Source of the DNA: Candidatus Aenigmatarchaeota archaeon
Lineage (GTDB): Archaea > Aenigmatarchaeota > Aenigmatarchaeia > CG10238-14 > SpSt-28
Direction of reading: 5' to 3'
NCBI GenBank assembly: GCA_038733315.1
Contig: JAVYPJ010000001.1
Span: 107,469 to 171,468 of the forward strand
DNA length: 64,000 nucleotides
Below are positions 59,381 to 64,000 of the stretch, piece by piece; position 1 is the stretch's first letter; each line of letters opens with the position of its first letter. The position numbers and the translations under genes are program-made. A model generated the notes under the pieces. It was given only the letters and a program-made list of their open reading frames with translations, was not told the DNA's origin and searched no databases.

Positions 59381-60643
59381 TATATTTGCAAATTGTTTAT
59401 TTTGCATTAACTTTCCATAATTTTTCATTAACTTCTGAATTTTTTTGTACATAGAAATTAATTCTCTAACATCCTGCTCACTAGTTCCACTCCCCATAGC
59501 AATTCTTTTTATTCTACTTTCATTAATAATTTCTGGATTTCTTCTTTCGTCCTTTGTCATGCTCTGAATTATATATTTCCATTTTCTCATTTTTTCTTCT
59601 TGCATCTCGAAAAGGTCTTCTGGGACAGAAATTCCTAGAAATGGTATATACTTGGCTATCGAAGCTAAGGATCCTAAACTTTGAATTGTTTGAATTTGTT
59701 TCAAAAATTCTTCAAAATTAAATTCTTCTATTTCAATTTTATCTTTAAGTTCTGATTTTATTTTTTGGAGAAGGGAATTCAAATCACCTAAGCCTAACAT
59801 TCTTGAGACAAAAGATTTTGGATCATATTCTTCTATCGCATCTATTTTTTCTCCATAAGTTATGAATTTAACTTTTGCCTTGGTTACACTACATGCGTTA
59901 AGCGCACCACCAGCTTTCGCTGTACTATCTACTTTTGTAACTATTATTCCAGTAATTCCTACCAAATTATTAAATTCTTCTGCTTGTTTTTTTGCCACTT
60001 TTCCAATTTCAGCCGGTATTACTAAAAAAACTTCGTTTGGCTTAATAATTTCACCAAGAGTTTTTAATTCCTTTGCTAAATCTTTATCTAATGCATCTCT
60101 ACCAGCTGTATCGTAAATTATTATATCATATTTTTTAAATTCTAAACTTTTTTTTGCTGTATCATACAAATTTTTTTCAACAAAAAAATCTACGTGTATA
60201 TTTTCTGCTAATTGTTTTAGTTGATCTATCGCAGCTGGCCTATGAAAATCTAAAGAGACTAATAAAACCCTTAAACCCTTTTTCTGATAGTATCTAGCCA
60301 GTTTAGCAGCTGTCGTAGTTTTTCCACTACCATATAAACCAACTAACATTATCTTCCCCTTGTTTATAGTTATAGCTTTTTCTTTACCTAGAATTTCAAC
60401 AAGCTTATCATAAAGAATTTTTATTATAAACTCTCTGTATGATAAATTTGCCGGTATTTCTCCTTTTTTTATTTCGTTTTTTATCTCAGATAAAATCTTA
60501 TTTACAATAGAAATGTCTACATCGCTTTCCAATAAAATAACCTTAAACTCGTTCAAAATTTCATTTATTGTTCTTTCATCAAGTTTTGATGAATAAATTT
60601 TTCTAACTATATTTTCGATTTTCTTAGCTAAGGATCCGAACAT
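59354..60643 (-). CDS. srp54: Signal recognition particle protein SRP54
   Basis: GLYGSGKTTT, RPAA, DTAGR, AKAGGA; M domain IIQSMT..ER, SRIKRIAMGSG. Confidence 0.96.
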   Translation of the reverse strand: MFGSLAKKIENIVRKIYSSKLDERTINEILNEFKVILLESDVDISIVNKILSEIKNEIKKGEIPANLSYREFIIKILYDKLVEILGKEKAITINKGKIMLVGLYGSGKTTTAAKLARYYQKKGLRVLLVSLDFHRPAAIDQLKQLAENIHVDFFVEKNLYDTAKKSLEFKKYDIIIYDTAGRDALDKDLAKELKTLGEIIKPNEVFLVIPAEIGKVAKKQAEEFNNLVGITGIIVTKVDSTAKAGGALNACSVTKAKVKFITYGEKIDAIEEYDPKSFVSRMLGLGDLNSLLQKIKSELKDKIEIEEFNFEEFLKQIQTIQSLGSLASIAKYIPFLGISVPEDLFEMQEEKMRKWKYIIQSMTKDERRNPEIINESRIKRIAMGSGTSEQDVRELISMYKKIQKLMKNYGKLMQNKQFANILRRFGIGS

Positions 60644-60670
60644 AAATATTTATCTTTTTCTAAATTATTT

Positions 60671-60794
60671 GTGGGTGGCGACCAAAGCGACCAGGAACCA
60701 CCCGTTCCCATACCGAACACGGAAGTGAAACTGGTCAGCGTACTCTTGAGTACTGCTGCGTGAGCAGCGGGAAAGAGAGTGCGTCGCCGCCCAC
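60671..60794 (+). rRNA. rrf: 5S rRNA (not linked to 16S/23S in this window)
   Basis: Terminal stem GTGGGTGGCGAC/GTCGCCGCCCAC; CACCCGTTCCCATACCGAACACGGAAGTGAA; AGTACT; ~124 nt. Confidence 0.95.
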
Positions 60795-60796
60795 TA

Positions 60797-61195
60797 TTAT
60801 ATAAATTTAATTATCTTCTCTTTTGGATTTGAAAAATGAAAAAATAAATGAGATTCGCAATTGCAATCACTACAACCAAAATTTGGAATTAAATCGCTAC
60901 TTATCTTTTCAATAATTCTAGCTAACTCACACTCTTCTTTTTTTGTTTTGACGACATCTATTATTTTAACATTATTATTAACTAGCAAATAATCGATATG
61001 CCATCTTAAATTACCCTTTTTTTCCTTATTTAGTTTGAAGTATCTTTTCAACCTCTCATCTATTCCTAAATTTTTTCCATTGGCACTACCAACATAAGAA
61101 TAAAACCCCCTTCTAAACTCTATTTCTCCAATCTTTCCTATTTTTAAAACTTGATTGCTCTCCATTTTTAATATTAAAACATAAGAACCTTTCAT
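60797..61195 (-). CDS. DUF123 / GIY-YIG (Uri) superfamily protein
   Basis: KGSYVL, YSYVGSA, RWHIDYL, FGCSDCNCESHL. Confidence 0.88.
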   Translation of the reverse strand: MKGSYVLILKMESNQVLKIGKIGEIEFRRGFYSYVGSANGKNLGIDERLKRYFKLNKEKKGNLRWHIDYLLVNNNVKIIDVVKTKKEECELARIIEKISSDLIPNFGCSDCNCESHLFFHFSNPKEKIIKFI

Positions 61196-61235
61196 ATTAT
61201 TAATAATCTTAAATTTTTTATACTTATATTTATAA

Positions 61236-61308
61236 GCCTCGGTCGTCTAGTGGACTAGGATGCGGGCCTGTCACGCCCGAGACCCGGGTTCGAATCCCGG
61301 CCGAGGCG
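61236..61308 (+). tRNA. tRNA-Asp(GTC)
   Basis: GCCTCGG/CCGAGGC acceptor stem, CGGGC-CTGTCAC-GCCCG anticodon arm, GGTTCGAATCC. Confidence 0.96.
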
Positions 61309-61354
61309 CGATTTTTAAATTAACCTAAATAAATATTTTTACAGAACTAAAATT

Positions 61355-61591
61355 ATGACAAAAAAAGGAAAAATTAAATTGAATTTGGATACGCTAGAAA
61401 ACGTTATGACTTATACCATAATCTTTTCTGCAATTTTAATAATGATTGGTGTTTTAATCTCTATAGTTAATAAATCTATCGCATTTTGGATTACTTCGTT
61501 TGGCTCTATAATAATTTTCTTTTCTATATTTGGTTTAGTTATAGTAATTTTTTTAAAAGAATTTAGAAAAGACAACAAACAAAATAAATAG
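61355..61591 (+). CDS. Small two-TM hypothetical protein
   Basis: 78 aa, two hydrophobic helices. Confidence 0.6.
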   Translation: MTKKGKIKLNLDTLENVMTYTIIFSAILIMIGVLISIVNKSIAFWITSFGSIIIFFSIFGLVIVIFLKEFRKDNKQNK

Positions 61592-61608
61592 TTTATTATT
61601 GAAATATT

Positions 61609-62013
61609 ATGAAATTTAAACCCAAATATTCAAAAGAAGAAATAGAAAAATTAGTTGTAAAGCTAGCGAAAGAAGGTTATAAACCTTCGATGATTGGACT
61701 AATTTTAAGGGATTCCTTTGGAATATTTAGTGTTAAAGAGATTACTGGTAAAAACATCTTAAAGATTTTAGAAGAAAATGAAATAAAATTAGAAATACCA
61801 GAAGATTTGTTAAATTTAATGAAAAAAGCTGTAAAGCTAAGAGAGCATTTATCAATACATAAAAAAGATGAACACTCCAGAAGAGGGTTAATTTTAATAG
61901 AATCTAAAATAAAAAGGTTAGAAGAGTATTATAAAAGGGTTGGTAAACTTCCTTTTGACTGGAAGTACAATCCAGAAAGTGCTAAGATAATAGTTCAAAA
62001 GTATTCAGTTTAA
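61609..62013 (+). CDS. rps15: 30S ribosomal protein S15 (uS15/S13e)
   Basis: [26 protein letters not shown]. Confidence 0.95.
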   Translation: MKFKPKYSKEEIEKLVVKLAKEGYKPSMIGLILRDSFGIFSVKEITGKNILKILEENEIKLEIPEDLLNLMKKAVKLREHLSIHKKDEHSRRGLILIESKIKRLEEYYKRVGKLPFDWKYNPESAKIIVQKYSV

Positions 62014-62015
62014 AA

Positions 62016-62576
62016 ATGAAGGAGAAAAAACAGCTATTTAAAGTTAAACTATTAGCAAGCGAAGAATTCGGAAATAAAGAAATTACTGAAACCCTTTGTA
62101 GCGAATATTCGTACTTAATAAACAGAAGGTTTTATCTAAACTTATCAGAATTGTTAGATACAAATAGATATCAATATAAAATTTGGTTTAGAATTTTTAA
62201 AATTGAAAACGGAATTGCATATTCTAGATTTGATGGAGTAGAAACTCTAAGAGAGCATATATACAATGCAATATATCCGGGAGTAAAAACTATAAGAATT
62301 TATACAAACGTTACCACAAAAGATGGTTGTCTATTGAGAGTTAAATACATTCTTACTTTTAGAAAACTAAACTCTAAGAAAGAGTCGAGTATTAGAAAAA
62401 TTGTTGAAGAAAATACAAAAAAAATTCTTTCAGAAATGACTATAAAAGATATTATAAATAATTTAATTTTAAAAAACACTGTAATAAAGAAAATTGAAAA
62501 GGAAGTAAAAAAAATTAATATACCTTTATTTTTAGAAATTATAAAGATAGAAAGAAAAGATAAAATACCATCTTAA
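62016..62576 (+). CDS. rps3ae: 30S ribosomal protein S3Ae (eS1), divergent
   Basis: FGNKEI.ET, LINR, VTTKDG..LRV, EIIKIE; follows rps15. Confidence 0.75.
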   Translation: MKEKKQLFKVKLLASEEFGNKEITETLCSEYSYLINRRFYLNLSELLDTNRYQYKIWFRIFKIENGIAYSRFDGVETLREHIYNAIYPGVKTIRIYTNVTTKDGCLLRVKYILTFRKLNSKKESSIRKIVEENTKKILSEMTIKDIINNLILKNTVIKKIEKEVKKINIPLFLEIIKIERKDKIPS

Positions 62577-63682
62577 AATTTAAATATACTTTTTAAGATT
62601 AAAAGAAGTAAGAGAAGTATTGTAAATGTGGATAAGAACTTAAAAACTACTTCTCCTTTTTTCCCAAATTTTTCCTCTAATAAATCATAGAAAAATAGTC
62701 CGCCATCTAATGGTTTAATGGGTAATAAGTTAAACATTCCTATACCTATATTTAAAAAGAATAGCCAAAATAAAAATTCTCTTAAGGTTAATAAAACAGG
62801 TAAAAAAACTTCTCTATTTGCTTGAGTAAATTCATTCTTAGGATAGTATGCATTTTTGATAAATCTAATTTTAATACTTTCATTTATAGTTATGTCAAAC
62901 GAACTGTTTATAGTTTGAATAGTAACATTCTGTGTTTTATTTTCTCTTATTCTTTTCATGACAATAGCAAGCTCAGTTATATCATCTACTTTTTCATTAT
63001 TTATTTTTAATATTGTAAGTGTTGTATTTTTTCCGCTAGATTCATCTAAAATTTCAACCTCTACTCCACCAAAGTTTAAAAATATTATATTAGCTATTAT
63101 AATGAGTAAAAGTAATGCTAAAATGCCTACAATAAAATTTGCAAAAGAGCCAGCTGCATATATTTTTAATCTTTTGATTAATTCTATTTTCTTTAATTTT
63201 TTTTCATCTAATTCAACAAAAAAAGCAGGTAAAACTAATAAAAAAGCATATCCCATAGATTTTATCCTCAGATTACTTATCCTAGCTAAAAACGCATGAG
63301 CTAATTCGTGAGAAATCGCTATAATAGGTATTATAATAAACCAAAAACAAGCAGGAACACAAAGAACAAAAGAAGAATTGCATAACATCGGAAGCGATGG
63401 TAATACTACCTGTACTGGAGCTATCTTAGGCGGTTTAAATAATTCTATCAAAGAAAAATAAAAAAACAGAGCAAAAGAAACGTATACAGAAATTATTGCG
63501 AGAACTCCAAAAATGTTAAAAAACTTTGAAAATCTTAAAGAAATCCCTTCGATTTTTTTATTAAAATTTTTTGTTTTTCTTAAAAGTAGAGGGCCATGAA
63601 TTTCAATGTTTTTTCTATCTAAAAATAAAAATATTCCTATACTAAATATTATAACAAGCCCTATTATACTATCTAAATCCAT
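62573..63682 (-). CDS. Site-2 (M50) membrane metalloprotease
   Basis: HELAH, AAGSFAN, FNLLPIKPLDGG. Confidence 0.93.
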   Translation of the reverse strand: MDLDSIIGLVIIFSIGIFLFLDRKNIEIHGPLLLRKTKNFNKKIEGISLRFSKFFNIFGVLAIISVYVSFALFFYFSLIELFKPPKIAPVQVVLPSLPMLCNSSFVLCVPACFWFIIIPIIAISHELAHAFLARISNLRIKSMGYAFLLVLPAFFVELDEKKLKKIELIKRLKIYAAGSFANFIVGILALLLLIIIANIIFLNFGGVEVEILDESSGKNTTLTILKINNEKVDDITELAIVMKRIRENKTQNVTIQTINSSFDITINESIKIRFIKNAYYPKNEFTQANREVFLPVLLTLREFLFWLFFLNIGIGMFNLLPIKPLDGGLFFYDLLEEKFGKKGEVVFKFLSTFTILLLLLLILKSIFKF

Positions 63683-63714
63683 AAAGTTTCATTAACTAAT
63701 ATTTTTATTTATAT

Positions 63715-63832
63715 GCGGGGGTCGCCTAGCCTGGTCAATGGCGGCGGGCTCAAGAGAAATTGAGCTTTGATAGCTAATGATAAGAAACCCGCTGGCTTAG
63801 TGCCGTCGTGGGTTCAAATCCCACCCCCCGCA
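63715..63832 (+). tRNA. tRNA-Leu(CAA) with 32-nt intron at position 37/38 (63755-63786)
   Basis: GCGGGGG/CCCCCGC acceptor stem, GCGGG-CT-CAA-G[intron]A-CCCGC, long variable arm, GTGGGTTCAAATCCCAC. Confidence 0.9.
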
Positions 63833-64000
63833 ATATTTTTGCTGCAGTAAAAATATATTCTTTTTTCTTATTTATAATATTCCATGAAAATGAACATAGC
63901 TAAAAATATGATAGTTTTAATTGTTATAATAACTCTTCTTTCGATAGCAAAATTTTTGCTTAATTTATATTCCCTAGAAGTTTTTGAGTTCCAATCTGCC

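Noticed and set aside
1..64000. CRISPR array, transposase or integrase/provirus
   Set aside because: No regularly spaced short repeats, no recognisable mobile-element genes, and no tRNA 3'-end duplications seen.
1..64000. Stop-codon reassignment
   Set aside because: TAA, TAG and TGA all terminate well-conserved genes at their expected lengths.
63868..64000. Partial CDS at the right edge
   Set aside because: Open frames exist on both strands (+ from ATG 63884, and a minus-strand frame); too little sequence to decide.

Overview
Gene-dense, very AT-rich archaeal chromosome segment. Evidence for archaea: TFB, topoisomerase VI, family-B polymerase, archaeal ribosomal proteins, NurA/HerA, Taw3 and a tRNA-Leu with a 37/38 intron. 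Fragmented ribosomal operons, tiny or overlapping intergenic spaces, an unlinked 5S rRNA and GC-rich structural RNAs suggest a streamlined, possibly thermophilic DPANN-type archaeon (inference). Most genes are housekeeping. The stand-out locus is a 1375-aa secreted protein (23416-27543) with three cassette-like modules. Each has a DNA-level near-identical DUF2341-like part followed by an unrelated lectin-like variable part. Module 2 is a mosaic of modules 1 and 3, and modules 2 and 3 appear inserted in frame into one Ig-like domain, which suggests recombinational diversification of an adhesin. Other oddities: a 22-bp perfect inverted repeat over the pgk stop codon, an 18-bp palindromic candidate operator, a GT-like/HTH/PqqD/GT-like/MinD gene string, a radical-SAM homologue lacking its CX3CX2C motif, a pilin with a possible premature stop, and an uncalled ORF that may start at CTG next to a GC-rich hairpin. 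All calls are by eye; no searches were run.
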